This document shows positions 23,776-36,548 of a stretch of DNA of 64,000 nucleotides, piece after piece; positions within the stretch are counted from its first letter, which is position 1; every line of letters begins with the position of its first letter. Source of the DNA: Selaginella moellendorffii. Taxonomy: Eukaryota; Plantae; Lycopodiophyta. The position numbers were made by a program, and so were the translations under genes. The stretch is from contig NW_003314327.1 of NCBI RefSeq assembly GCF_000143415.4, positions 582,775 to 646,774 on the forward strand, in the 5' to 3' direction. The notes under the pieces are model-generated. The model ran no database searches. It saw nothing but the letters and a program-made list of their open reading frames with translations, and was not told the DNA's origin.

Positions 23776-26700
23776 TCAGAAATCCATTATATCCATATCG
23801 TTAAGAGTCTTCACCTTCTGTAAGTTGGATTCGAGGTTAGCTAAGTGAGAAAATAGTGTCGTAGGAGAGGCTAAAAGGACTGAAACATCTTACCGCGACA
23901 AATTGATGAGGATCATCAATGCAAGTCGATCCCAAAACCACCTCTCGTTTCAATTGACTGGATAACTTGTGAGCAGCACGTAACTAAGTAACAAAACCCA
24001 AAGTTAAGAGACAGAAGGAACGTAAACAACGAAATCCAACCTCGGAGTGTGTTATACCGCCCACCACGAACACAAAAATGCGCTTCCCAGTTATCATCTT
24101 GGGGTCACTCAGGGCGCTTTTCAACACAGAGTCACTGCGAGAATAGGAAAAACAAGTGAGTGCCATAGGAAAATTAGCTCCCTTTTACCTTGAGTAACCG
24201 TCATCAGAGGCTCGCGGTCTCGAGGCCCACGTAGAGCCTGGCTTGGAAGTTCTCATGGACTGCGGTGGTGCTGTCGGCAATCTAGACGACCCCGTGCTGC
24301 TAGACTTTCCAGAAGTGCCTTCGCTTGGCCCTTTCACATAGGGATAGTCTTCCAGTGAGAGCTTGCCTTTCTCCATATCTTCCACCAGCTCCTGCAAAAC
24401 ACAACGCGTTACAGGGAACTTGTCGTAAGCGACCAAAGGTGACAAACCTGGAGTAGAGGCGTAAAACGGGAATGCTTCCATTCTTCCTCGTCCTGGTTCC
24501 TCTCCTTTCTGTACAGGTTCTTGTTCTTAAAGAGCAAAAGGACGAATCGGCTTCAGTACAAGAAGAACAAAGAGGCGTTTGTACCTTCGAAAACTTTAAA
24601 GCAAATCCCCCTGACTGCTTTTTGGATACAGACAGCCCCAAGTACTCAAGATTGGACACCGCAGCCATGTCGCCATCACTTAATCTAGCTAGCTGCAAAA
24701 CGCTTCAATCACATCCGTCTCTGATGGATAAGTTAACACATTTACCTTCATCCATTGTTGTTTCTTCGATTCATCGAGTTTCTCCGGATGAGTGGCAGCG
24801 TAAATCATCAATAAGCGCAACTTGCAATCTGCACTTATATTCTGCCACACCACTGATTTGAATCATATAAAACAAGCCATGGTAGTAAAAAGAAATTCTT
24901 ATTTTGCACCTCTGTCGTGCTGAGAAAGTTGATGAGCTCTTTGCTTGAAGCATCTCCATATACTAGATTTTGTTCTAACTCTGCGACATCACTGAGACAA
25001 TGCGTCCTTATTTTACTGTTCAAGGCTGTAGCAATCTGCAATTGCCTAGTGTTATCGCAAAAAATTAAAAGAAGGCATATACTGACATCAATGTGAAGGC
25101 TGAGCTTTTCAATTTGATCCCGGTACTGTGGAAGTGCCTGAACAACCTTCTGCATATCTCTTGTTGTCATGTTTTGACCACTGGAAAATGAAGACGTTAA
25201 TAAAACTCAGAAATAAAAGAACTAGAGAGACTACCTTCCTCCAAGTTTGATTTCAGCAGCTTTGTTCTTATTCGCGAACATTTTCATTTTCTCGTCCAGC
25301 TTCACGCTTACCTGTGCGAAGATGAAACACTTAACATAACAAAAAGCTTGAATGCAAGAAAACCTTGCCTCCGCAATATGAAGATCCCGCAGTTCAACCC
25401 AGATAGGGTCATGTTCTTCGAGGAGAACTTCCTTCTGTTCTCTTTTACCAGAGCTAGTTGTAATCTATATAAAAAAAAAAAAACGCTAGTGTCATAAACC
25501 ATGAACTTTGGTACATCTACCTCGTATGTATACTTGCTCCCCTCCAGACTTAATAAATCATGACACATGGCCTCGTATGTCCACTCGTGTATCACGGGAG
25601 CAATCTGTGCTTCAAACGTCAGGTTTGTAGGTAGAACTGACAAGCACCATACTTACCGGATCTACGGCACGATCCAGTATGAGGAGGTCACACGTCTCAT
25701 TTTGAGGAAAATCAGGAAGCGACGACTTGTACTTCATAAGACGATCCCAAACACATGCAGCCAGTTTTGTAGGCAGTAAGTCAGAATTGGTAGTTGCAGC
25801 GGTACTATTAGCTGCTGCCGATCTTGCTGCACGGTAGCGAATATAAGGAAACTCCTGTGACAAAGAAAAAGTGAGCACACAGTGATTTGAAATAACAACA
25901 GCAATACTCTGAAAGAGGCAAATACTGTGGTCAGACGCCGCGCAACTGTATCAAGGACAAAGTCGAGCTCCTTCTGCTCGCCAAACAATTGCTGTAGTGC
26001 TCTGTCATTGTCTGTAACAAAGCCCTGCCCTCAAGATGTTTCAATTACGTGATTGAATAACTCGAGAACATTACTAACCTGCATATCGATTGCCAAGTAC
26101 TCGAGATTGACCTGTGAGAGAAGTATCAGCAGCAATTCAGCCAAGTATCAAGCTGTACCTCTCTAAGAGCAGAAATCCGTGACATCAAAGCTCTGTCCTC
26201 TTTAATTGCCTTGAGAAGATCCCGTGGCAACGTGGAGCTGAAGTACACATAAGCTCTAAAAGCAGAAATAAATCCCGGGTGAGTATCCAGCAGGAGACAC
26301 TAGCTACCTTACTTCTTGTAGAGAGGAGACTTTCCTGACATATCCGAGACAAATTTCTTCACACTGCATTACCAAATCCAACAATCTAGAAACGAAGCAA
26401 CAAAGACCAAATGCGAACCTTTCCCTCGAAGGCTGGATGAAGTAGACAGCGTCTAGAGCAGGCAATGGTTGCCTGCGCCTGTTAAGATCTTCGACCACTG
26501 GACGGAACAAAAGCAAAAGGAAATGAGAGAAAAACGATCAAGAAAATCAACCACGAGAAACTAACGTGAGACTCCCTCGTCTGTGATGTCCGCCATTTTG
26601 CAAGAACTCGACATCACTTTCACGGTGAGCTCATCCATGATCAAAACCTGTCAACAATACATCTCTGCCACTGAAAGTTTCGCAAAGATTTACCTTCCAA

Positions 26701-26860
26701 GGCGATGCGCTCTTGGTGCTCTTGGCAGATCTAAGCATCTCGTGTAGAAGACCTGCGCAAGACAACTGACGATCAAACCTAGATCCCGGAATTCATCACA
26801 GAACTCACGCTCGCGGGTGTTTTGCCGGAACGATCGATAGGCGCCATCGCCGTCGGCCAT
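23776..26860 (-). CDS. KEU: Sec1/Munc18 SM protein (KEULE/SEC11-like); ~20 exons
   Basis: [64 protein letters not shown] and [16 protein letters not shown]. Confidence 0.93.
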
Positions 26861-27107
26861 GAGGAGAATGAAGCTTTGGCGCGTGGATCAGACCGAGCTA
26901 GGAGAGAAGCACTAGCCACGAATCACCCCGGAGCGCATCGAAAGACTTGACGTTTTCGCCCTAAACCCTGCTCTACGATCTATAGTTCGAATCCCATGAA
27001 AAATAATAAGTAAAACAAGGTCGCGAGTTCGATTCCAGGTGGGGTGAAGTATGCCAGCCACACACACTACACACGCTTCTTCGTCTCTTTTCTAGATCGT
27101 TCTCGTC

Positions 27108-27777
27108 ATGGCGCTCGAGCAGCCATCCCTCACATCGCTCTCTCAGGTTCTTCCTCGCAAATCTCACAGCACTTGTACCTCCATTAGATTGCGAGGCACC
27201 GATCGATGGGCTCTCAAGAGCAGCTTCTTCAATGCTGGTTCTCGATTAGCTCCAGCTCAAACCATGGCAGCGTCCAGGATTTCAATGCGAGTTGCCACGA
27301 ACAAGGCGTATATCTGCTCAGATTGCGGGTAAAAAGCCAACATCTAGATAGAAATGAAAGAAGGAACCTTATGCTTCGTGGATTTTTTTCTTGAAGGTAC
27401 ATCTATAACGATCGAACGCCATTCTCAAAGCTTCCAAACGACTACTCCTGTCCAGGTAGCGATTTGTTAGGACGAACTTCAAGTTTTTTTCCGTGCTTCT
27501 TCTTACATCCTGCTTGCTGGTTAAAGTCTGTCTTGCTCCAAAGAGACGCTTCAAACCATACGGCGAACCTGTTGCACGTAATGCAAACAGCACCGACGTG
27601 CGCAAAGCTCGAAAGGAGCAACTCAAAAAAGCAAATTCCAACCTCGGGTACGAGCTTATCGACTCGTCTTCACTTTCCTGTAAACTTTTTTGTCTCAGAT
27701 CTGCGCTTCCAGTTGCCATTGCTGTCGGCCTTGCGATACTGGCTGGAACGTATTTCTACCTGAACATTCAATACTAG
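27108..27777 (+). CDS. Plastid-targeted rubredoxin-like protein with C-terminal TM anchor; 4 exons
   Basis: Transit-peptide-like N-terminus, YICSDCGYIY...YSCPVCLAPKRRF (two CxxC), hydrophobic tail SALPVAIAVGLAILAGTYFYLNIQY*. Confidence 0.9.
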
Positions 27778-27997
27778 AAGTCAGTCGGCCAAAACGAACA
27801 AAAGAAGGAAAACGAACTACATACCACAGATTGTTCTGTCCAAATATGAAGCTGGTGTTTTGAGCAGACGGTGAAATGCGAGAATGCAATGCAGGACAAA
27901 CAAACGTAGAAAACCTTGTACTGTTATTGCGCCAAAATTTTCGTCTACCAAAAAAGTTTCACGGCGTCAAATAAAAAGAATTTGCTCGATTTCCATA

Positions 27998-28963
27998 TTA
28001 GGCCGCCTTCATGTCATCGAGGCCAACGCTTTTCTGCAAAGCACCAGATTGCCACTGTCACAAACAGAAACTCTCTAGCCAATCAACCATACCAAAAACT
28101 GATGATTCTCCAGGAGAAGCGGCGAGAACGATGACAAAAACTTCTCTATGTCGGAGCTCAGGCTTTCGCCACCACCGAGCATTTCCATAAACTTCTTCCT
28201 TTCCGGCGTCAGCTTCATCGCCATCTGCACAGAATTTCATGGAGGATGACGAAACGAAAACTCATAAACCAAACCAGGCTACATCTGTGCAGCAGCTATA
28301 CTCACCGTGAAGGCTCCACTTGCAATCCATCCGTGGTACTTCTTAAGCGTGGCGGCGTACGCCTCAGTCGAGGCTTGTGTCATGGTCCAGTCGGGATGAC
28401 GCAAGAGGTTGTCGAACAAGTTCATCAAAAAATCCATGGCCCTGAATTCTCCCAAGGAGTTAATCTAAGTACCATGCCCAGGCCTAGCTACCAGAGAGAA
28501 CTCAAAAAGAAGAGTACCTCGTTAACCACAGCAAGCCATTGCTACAGCTTTTGGACCCCTTCGCGGTTTTCTCGTCGACCTCCCTCCTTACGATGTCGTA
28601 CAGAAGGTACAAGCCCGACGTATCTTCGTTATAGCGCGTCTCTAGCCGCTGGTTGCAAGCGAATCAGCACCTACATTCTACCAAATTCGCGAAATCTCAC
28701 CGCGATGTTGCCGCCGATGTCCGATTTCACCATCGCCATCGCAGATCCAAACTTGTCTACACAAGAAATTCCCAGAAAAGGAGCATCAGATCCGCGGAAA
28801 TTCGCAAGCGCGGGCACTGACCTATCACCGGAAGGACAAGGCGGCAAACGTCCAGGAACTGCTTAGTGAGAATGTCGCCGGACGGAGATCTCACCATGGG
28901 GATCGCATCGATCGCCTCGCGGAACGCGCTGGCGCTCTCCACCGTCGCCGTGCTGCTCGCCAT
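27998..28963 (-). CDS. GLTP1: Glycolipid transfer protein; multi-exon
   Basis: ILTKQFLDVCRLVLPVIDKFGSAMAMVKSDIGGNI, CSNGLLWLTRAMDF and TLKKYHGW; ends VGLDDMKAA*. Confidence 0.92.
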
Positions 28964-31900
28964 TGCTCTCTCTCTCTCTCTCTCTCTCCCTTCGAGCGCG
29001 TTCTTGGAGCCCTAAAATCCTGGGCTGTGATGACGTGGCAATGCGATGTGCCACGAGCGCGCCAATGGTCAAAAAAAATGATATTTAAAAGTACGACGCC
29101 AGTGAGTGGGAAGGCACCACGTAAAGTAAGAAAAGAAGAGAATGGTGGAAAGAATTGACAATGTAGTACTTGATACGTATGGATGTGCTCCAAATTGGTT
29201 TTCATCGTTTTTCATTTATACTAATCCAAGCTTACAAAAGTTTCTTATGTTACTAAAATTCAAGCTTAGCAAACACACACAAACTCGCACAGGAATCATG
29301 CACTCCACCCCGCTCTTATTAATTGGCGCCACAAGGCCTTCATGATTGTGTGGAGTTGCAAATTTCCCCATCCAAATTGTGTCTCCAGTGTCGCCACTCC
29401 GTATGATGGAACCGCATTGTATAGTATCATTGCCTAAGAAAATACTGTATGATTACATTAGCGATACATAATACTCCGCCTTCGATTTCCACAGAGCATG
29501 ATTTTCTCTCAATAAACCACTACCTAAACAAGAACGTGGTCAAGAAGCACCCAAGAGTGTCCATACAAGCTTTCGCTCTCATACATACGTTCTTCCGGCT
29601 GGTTTACACCCCGAAGCAGATTTGGGGAAATCGGTTCATCATTATAAGTACTTAAATACCAGTCCGAATCGGGTCAACGTTGCGGGTAAAAAAACAAGGA
29701 GATAAAAAGAAAATAAAACCATGTACTGCACGGTAACTAGGTCTAAGAAGGATGTACACTGCGAATTCAATGGCCCTGATCGGTTTTGTCCCCGACGGTT
29801 ATCATGCCTAGCTACCATCACAAACTAAGATGCAAAGACCCCCAAGTTACGTCTAAACCTCACTAAACCCCACTAAACCCCGTTAAACCCTTCTGAAACC
29901 CACCTTTTGGGAGCCCTAAAAAACTGTACTCTGACCTAACAGAACTTCTACTGATTTCTGGAACTAGAAGCGAGCGGGAATTGAAGCCCACAGCTTGCCT
30001 AGTTTGGACACAGAGCATGATGAGATGCCATGAATGAGCGCAAAGGCAGGCAAAGAAAGTTTGGAGAGAGAGGCGAAAGAAGTATTGATGCAGCACGAGG
30101 GGATTGTGTTGTGTGTTGTTATGGGTTGTCTTTGGAGTAGCTACTGCTACTACGACAATGTAGTTTTTTATATACATAGGGCAGCGCTATCATCCATCCG
30201 GCGGCCCAGAATGCGAGACAAGTTAAGGGAAGAAGTTAACACACCCGTTGATTTCCCATGATAGTCTCAGTGTCCTGCTCCCGTTCCGTGCTGCTTGGAG
30301 CTGCGCCTCTTCTGTTGGATCTATACGAGCTTTCTTAGGGTTTCCGTAGCTGCCGTCCTTGTGAGTCAGTCCTCTAATCTTTAGATACATTGGAACCAAA
30401 TGCTTAATTGGTTTGCGTTGATTGGGGTTGTTTTGGTAGTTGTGGCTGGCTTGCTGGCGTCTTCTCGTCTGGTTTCGTTCCTTCGCGCCCTAAGTGGGAA
30501 AAGGTGGTACGGGTTCGACGCCATGCCAGTTGCATGGGCCTGGAACGCATATGATGAGAGTTCCTTCTTTCCTTCGCCACCTCCAGCCAGTTGATCCGAG
30601 GCCGCCCGTACGCGGCCTCAAAATTTTCAAGATCCAGCTTGAAAAAGTCCGGATTGTGTATAAAAAGTGGAGAGGAGTTGAATCCGAGCGAGTTAGCGGC
30701 CTCCAGCGAGTCGTGGATGTGGTTTTGCGGTCATCCCTGTTACCCAACGGTCGGAAGCAAGCTAATTTTGATGATCTCGTCACAGCACAAGCCAACACGC
30801 CACTGAATCTGAGTATATACTCCATCTACTACAAAGCCATTTTAAAATTAGAAAAATAACATTTTTTTTCTCTATTTAATTCTTTTTTTCGCTTTGGGTT
30901 GGTGGCTGGCTCTCTCCCTGATTAAGGAAGATTCCCGGGCTCGGTTTCAAGCAAGCCGCCAGCCCGGCCAGTATAACGTTCATGCTAGTAGAAGACGCAT
31001 GGTCCTTTTTATATAGCAAAAGCTAAACAAGACTAAACAATACGAGGCCCGATTTTCTTGGCCCCTAAAACAAATCTTCGTCTCTGTTTTTGCAGTATGT
31101 GGAATCCGCTTGAATCATAAATTTATATACCCCACTGTCCAATGTGTACAAGATTTTCAACAAAGCCCGATCTTGGGCTTGATACTCTCGCAGGAAAAAA
31201 GGTGGTCTCTATAAGTAGAATGTGAATCGACGCATCGCACTACTAATCCTTTTTTTACCACCACCGAAGGGAGCGAATATTCCCGGGCCGGAGTCAAGCG
31301 ACAAACGGAAAGGGCGTATTAGGAAGATGGCGCGGATTAGGCGGCGTTAATGCGAGCTTAAGCTAATTGGCGAACGTTCTAGCAGACTGACAAGGGGATT
31401 CATGAAAGCAACTGCCTTCTGCTCGATTAAAAGCTCGCCATGGATTGATTTGCTTTATTAAGCTGGCCGCTAACAATAAGCATTAAATGCAGTCGTCGTC
31501 GTTCGTCGCCCACATGAGAAAAAGAAATACATTTCTTTTTATTTCTGTTTGCGAGAAAAGTAAAAAGTAAAACCAAAAACACCCATCAATAAAATATACC
31601 AATATACCTTTTACTTTTCACCGGCCAGTCAACCGCGTACCGTGGCCACCACGAGGGTGGTGGACGCAAGCAGCTTTTCTATTGCGGGACGGGACCTTTG
31701 TGTTGCATGCGTACCGCGTAGGTTAAGTGGCACACTAATTACCGCAATAATACGAGAGTTTTCGGCGATTAAAATACCAACCCCCGGAATTGCTTTTTTG
31801 CAAAACCTTTTGAAAAATGAGTATTTTAAAATGAAAATGGTTATCATGGGTTTACCACCCACCCCATCTCGAAATGTATATATTCTCTGTTTCCGTGTAC

Positions 31901-32794
31901 AAGTTGTCAGTATATGTGCGTGCGTGCGTGCGTGCGTGCGTTTTCTAGGCCGTCTTCTTGGCTGGTCTTTTTTGTAACATTTTTTTTCCCTTAATTCTAA
32001 TTTTTAAAAGTACCTACAGACGTAGCGCCCAAAAATACCCCCTTCTTTTTGCGGTTCCTTTATTATTTAATTTGGTATAAGAAAAAAGAGAGGAAATTTT
32101 CTCTCAGTGTTGTGTTGTGTGTGTGTTTTTTTTTTCGGTATAGGGGGGGGTTGTTGATGTCGCTGGCTGCGGTGGTGGTGTGTGCCCTGTGGGTTTTGTC
32201 TTCCAAGTCACTCCACCAGAGAAGAACACACAGTTAGGTATAGGTGGTAGTAGTATAGTTCTAGTTGTAGAGTTGGTTCCAAGGGAATTGGGTGCTAATC
32301 GCGACTGCTCAATCTCTCAAGCAAAGAAAGCTTGGACAGCTCTCTACAATCTAAAAGCCCAGGAACAAGGAAGAAGCAAAGAGTTAGAACAAGAAAAAGA
32401 GGAGGGGAGAGAAAGAGGGGGAGAGAGGCGATGGCGATGGCGATGATCTCGGACTCCTCTCCCCAGCTCGGGCCCCCGGCGACGCTCGATCTCGGGCTGG
32501 CCACACCGGCATTGATGGGAGAATGCTCCGCCGCCGCGGGGGCGGAGCAAGGGGTCCAATTGAGGAGGAAGGGAACGCTGGAGCAGCAGCTGTGAGTTCT
32601 AGTTCTTCTTTCTTCGTCTTCTTCTTCTTCTTCCTCTTCCGGGAGTGATTCCAATTTCCTGCTGGGTCGAGCTCCTCGATACGATCCAGCAACGAAAAAA
32701 AAAAGCCCAGGAGGAGGAGAAAAAAAAGCGCACATACGAGAAAAGAAAGGAAAAAAAAATACACAGGAGAAAAGCCGCGGACGAGGAGCGTAAC

Positions 32795-35524
32795 ATGGCA
32801 GCCACAACGACGACAGGGGGGGGCACGGTGGCGGCGGGGGCGGGGTCGGCGGCGGGGGCAGCAGGGGGGAGTGGATCGATTGGGGGCGGAGGGGGTAGCG
32901 GCGCTGGCGGGGCTGGCGGCGGCGCTGGCGGAGACGAGGATCTCACCGTCAAGACAATGCGTAAGCGCTACGAGGGACTGCTGCTAGTGAGGAGCAAGGC
33001 CGTCAAGGGCAAGGGCGCGTGGTACTGGTCACACCTGGAGCCGATCCTCGTCCACAATCCCGACACTGGCACGCCCAAGGCCGTGAAGCTGCGATGCGGC
33101 CTCTGCAACGCCATGTTCTCCGCCTCCAACCCCTCGCGCACCGCCAGCGAGCACCTCAAGCGCGGCACTTGCCCTAATTTCAGCGGCGCCTACCGCCCCC
33201 TCGGATCGTCCCCGCCTCCGCCAGCGGCGGGCGTGGCGGCCGCCGCTGCCGCGATCGCCACCGCCACCACCCCGAAATCCTCCTCCGGCCGCAAGCGCGC
33301 CGCGGCATTGTCCTCGCAGAATCAACAGCAGCAGCAGCAGCAGCAGCAGCAAAGCCTCGCGATCGTGCCAGCGGCGCCACCGGCTCCCGGATCGTCGGTT
33401 CCAGCGGGATCGGGCGCGGCGGCGGCACCGGCGGCGCTGGATGAGAGGCTGCCGCTCCACCTCTCGGGCGGCAAGGAGGATCTGGGCGCGCTGGCGCTGC
33501 TCGAGGACAACGTGAAGCGGATCAAGAGCCCCGGACTGAAGCCTGGTTCTAGCGGCGGTGGCCTCACCAAGGAGCAAGGGGAGGCCGCCATCGCGCTCCT
33601 CGCGGACTGGCTCTACGAGTCCCACGCCACCGTGCCCCTGGCGGTGGTAGAGCATCCCAAATTCCGGGCCTTCCTCGCGCAGATCGGGCTCCAGGGCGCG
33701 GCCAGCCGGCGGCTCCTGGCGGGGCCGCGGCTGGACGCGCGATTCGAGGAGGTGAAGAGGCAATCCGAGGCTCGGCTGGGCGACGCGCTCTTCTTCCAGA
33801 TCTCCACCGATGGCTGGAAGCGCCGCTCGATCTTTCCAATCTCTCCTTCCTTGGCGCTGTCCTCCCCGGCGGCGATGGCAATGGCGGCGATGGCGATGGA
33901 TCCTTCTTCCTCCCCTTCCAGCGTCAGCGATCTCGTCTACATCACGATCAATCTCCCCAATGGCAGCAGCCTCTTCTGGCGCGCGCTGCCGATCGGCGGT
34001 AGCGGCGGGGCGAAGGCAGTGGAGGCGATCCTCGAGGAGGCGGTGGCGGCGCTGTGCGGCGGATCGCCGGAGCGCTGCGTGGGGATCGTGGCGGACGCGG
34101 GCAAGGCGGTGAACAAGGCGCTGCGCGAGGTGGAGTCCCGGCGGTCCTGGATCGTGAGCGTCCCCTGCCAGGCACAGGCCTTCGCCAGCCTCCTCCGCGA
34201 CTTCGCCAAGCGATCCCCGCTCTTTCGATCCGTCGCAACCGACTGCCTCAAGCTCGTCGCCTTCTTCTCGGGCAATCACCCCGCACGGACGCTCCTCCAG
34301 CGCTTCCAGCGCGACGCCTACGCGAGGATCCGCGCCCTGGCGGAGCTCGCCGAGGCGGCGGCGACCGCAGCAGCATCAGCGAGCTCCTCCTCCGCCAGCG
34401 CGGCCGATCGCGACACGGTGGATCCCGCGCTGGCGCTGCTCCTCCCGGACGGGATCGCCGCCAGCGCGCGCGCGCTCCACGCCATCGTCGCGGACGCGTC
34501 CTTCAAGATGGTGTACGCTGGCGGGGACGACCCGGCGGCGCGCGAGGCATCGGAGATCGTCCTCTCGCAGGGGTTCTGGAAGGATTTGGAGGCGGTCCAG
34601 GCGATCTCGCGGGTGGTGGCGGTGATGATCCGCGACATGGAGGCCGAGCGCCCGCTCGTCAGCCAGTGCCTGCCAATGTGGGAGGAGCTCCGGGACAAGC
34701 TCATGGATTGCTGCGCGCGGCATGGAAAGGATCAAGCGTCGATCATGCGGCTGATCCAGGCGCGATTCACGACGAACTACCACCCGGCGTGGTCGGCTGC
34801 GCTGGTACTCGACCCGCTCTACCTCGTCAAGGACGCAAACAACCGCTACCTCCCGCCATACAAGATCCTGAGCTCCGAGCAGGAGAAGGACGTGGATCGG
34901 CTCATCACGCGGCTGGTTTCGCGCGAGGAGGCGCACATCGTGCTCATGGAGCTCATGAAGTGGCGGTCCGAGGGGCTGGATCCGCTGTACGCGCAGGCGG
35001 TGCAGGTGAAGGAGACGGATCCGGCGACGGGGAGGGTGAAATGTATGAGCGGGCAGAGCCGGAGGCTGGTGTGGGAGACGTGCTTGAACGAGTTCCGGCT
35101 GCTGGGAAAGGTGGCGGCGAGGTTGATCTTCTTGCATGCGACGTCCGGGGGGGTGAAGAGCTGGGCGCTCAAGGTGGCGGGGAAAGGTGGCGGAGGGTTT
35201 GGAGGCGGATTTGGGGGCCTTGGGAGGGTGGCGGCGGAGCGGGCGGGGAAGATGATGTACGTAGCGGCGCACGCGAAGCTGGAGCGGCATGATTTCGTGA
35301 CTGACGAGGAGCGGGAGTTTTTGGCGGCGGCGGTGGAGGAGGAGGAGGAGATGGGTGGCGGCAGCTTGGCACGGACGAGTAGTGGGACTAACAGGGAGGG
35401 TGCCGACGGTGGGAATGGTGTTGGTGCCGGGGATCATCACCACCACCACCATCACCAGCAGCAGCAGCAGCAGCACGAGGGGTTTCTAGGACCTGGAGGA
35501 GGAGGAGGATCGACTCACTTGTAA
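32795..35524 (+). CDS. Conserved domesticated hAT-transposase-like protein (BED-like Zn finger + RNase-H-like core), intronless; resembles Arabidopsis At1g12380/At1g62870
   Basis: KRYEGLLLVRSKAVKGKGAWYWSHLEP...CGLCNAMFSASNPSRTASEHL, FFQISTDGW and YHPAWSAALVLDPLY; poly-G/Q/H tracts. ATG 32795 preferred over the track's GTG at 32645. Confidence 0.88.
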   Translation: MAATTTTGGGTVAAGAGSAAGAAGGSGSIGGGGGSGAGGAGGGAGGDEDLTVKTMRKRYEGLLLVRSKAVKGKGAWYWSHLEPILVHNPDTGTPKAVKLRCGLCNAMFSASNPSRTASEHLKRGTCPNFSGAYRPLGSSPPPPAAGVAAAAAAIATATTPKSSSGRKRAAALSSQNQQQQQQQQQQSLAIVPAAPPAPGSSVPAGSGAAAAPAALDERLPLHLSGGKEDLGALALLEDNVKRIKSPGLKPGSSGGGLTKEQGEAAIALLADWLYESHATVPLAVVEHPKFRAFLAQIGLQGAASRRLLAGPRLDARFEEVKRQSEARLGDALFFQISTDGWKRRSIFPISPSLALSSPAAMAMAAMAMDPSSSPSSVSDLVYITINLPNGSSLFWRALPIGGSGGAKAVEAILEEAVAALCGGSPERCVGIVADAGKAVNKALREVESRRSWIVSVPCQAQAFASLLRDFAKRSPLFRSVATDCLKLVAFFSGNHPARTLLQRFQRDAYARIRALAELAEAAATAAASASSSSASAADRDTVDPALALLLPDGIAASARALHAIVADASFKMVYAGGDDPAAREASEIVLSQGFWKDLEAVQAISRVVAVMIRDMEAERPLVSQCLPMWEELRDKLMDCCARHGKDQASIMRLIQARFTTNYHPAWSAALVLDPLYLVKDANNRYLPPYKILSSEQEKDVDRLITRLVSREEAHIVLMELMKWRSEGLDPLYAQAVQVKETDPATGRVKCMSGQSRRLVWETCLNEFRLLGKVAARLIFLHATSGGVKSWALKVAGKGGGGFGGGFGGLGRVAAERAGKMMYVAAHAKLERHDFVTDEEREFLAAAVEEEEEMGGGSLARTSSGTNREGADGGNGVGAGDHHHHHHHQQQQQQHEGFLGPGGGGGSTHL

Positions 35525-36548
35525 AACTTTCTACGGAGTTCTTAGAACTTTGGGATGGTGAACATCTTGACTCTCACTCACACAACTCGGCTGGATCGTT
35601 TCTAGGAAGATTGGGGGGAGGAGTCGATCGAAATAACGAGAGAGGCGAGGCGACTGAGGAAGAAATTGGGACTCTTGGAGGAGGATCAAGGTTTCATTTT
35701 TGATGATTGATGGCTTTCTTGCTTTGCATGCTTTGCTCGACAAAGTTAGCGAGCGAGCTTGCCTTGTTTGATTCGAGCATAGGCATCTGGCCAAGTTGGC
35801 GAACCCCCCCTTTTGTAAATTTCTTTTGTTTCTCATCTTTGATACACAGATAGACAATAGATCTCTCCGATCTCTCTTGGAGAATAAGAATCCGGAGTTT
35901 CTTTGGATTCGCGTCATTTAAAAAAAAAGAAAGAAAATCGATGGCAATACCATATTCTCTTTCTTCTCTCTCTCTTTTTCAGGTGTGAAAGGTGAATGTA
36001 TTGGAGAATGGGGACGGACGAGTATTAATTGCTGGCTTGCTTGCAGATTTGCTTGGCACCGGTTTTGATGGGACAGTGTCTGGTTTTGGTTCGAGGAACT
36101 TAAGGAACGGTTCAAATCAATCAAGCAAACGGGATAAGGAGACGACGACGATATCTGGATCTGCGGCGGCGATCGTCTTAACGTTAAGCCTCTTGCTTTT
36201 CTGCGTAGTTTTGGCTTTCGCTGAATTCAATCAAGAGAAGAACGGGCTTTGATGATGTGAAACTGAAGATCCAAATCCCTGGAGGGCAAATGCATCTATC
36301 AATCAGGCACTGAGTTTGGTGTAAGCGTGCACGATCCATCAAGCCAAGGGAGGCCCTTGGAGTTTACAACGTCATTGCCAGGATCTTGTTGGAAATTGGA
36401 ATGGAAGAAAAATGAGTTCCTTTGAGTTGAGATGGAACACTGTAGGAGAAACGTTTAACAGGGGAAAAAAAACCAAGAAGACTTACCTGGTTGGCTGCCA
36501 CGAAGAACGTCAATAAAGATCGATCTCTTCCTGAAGAACTGGATGGTT

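Noticed and set aside
29853-29891. Interstitial telomere or telomerase RNA template
   Set aside because: Units are degenerate with ~10-bp period rather than 7-bp TTTAGGG, and no USE/TATA Pol III promoter was recognised.
33029-35476. 416-aa, 412-aa and 366-aa overlapping ORFs
   Set aside because: Shadow frames of the GC-rich hAT-like CDS with no recognisable motifs.
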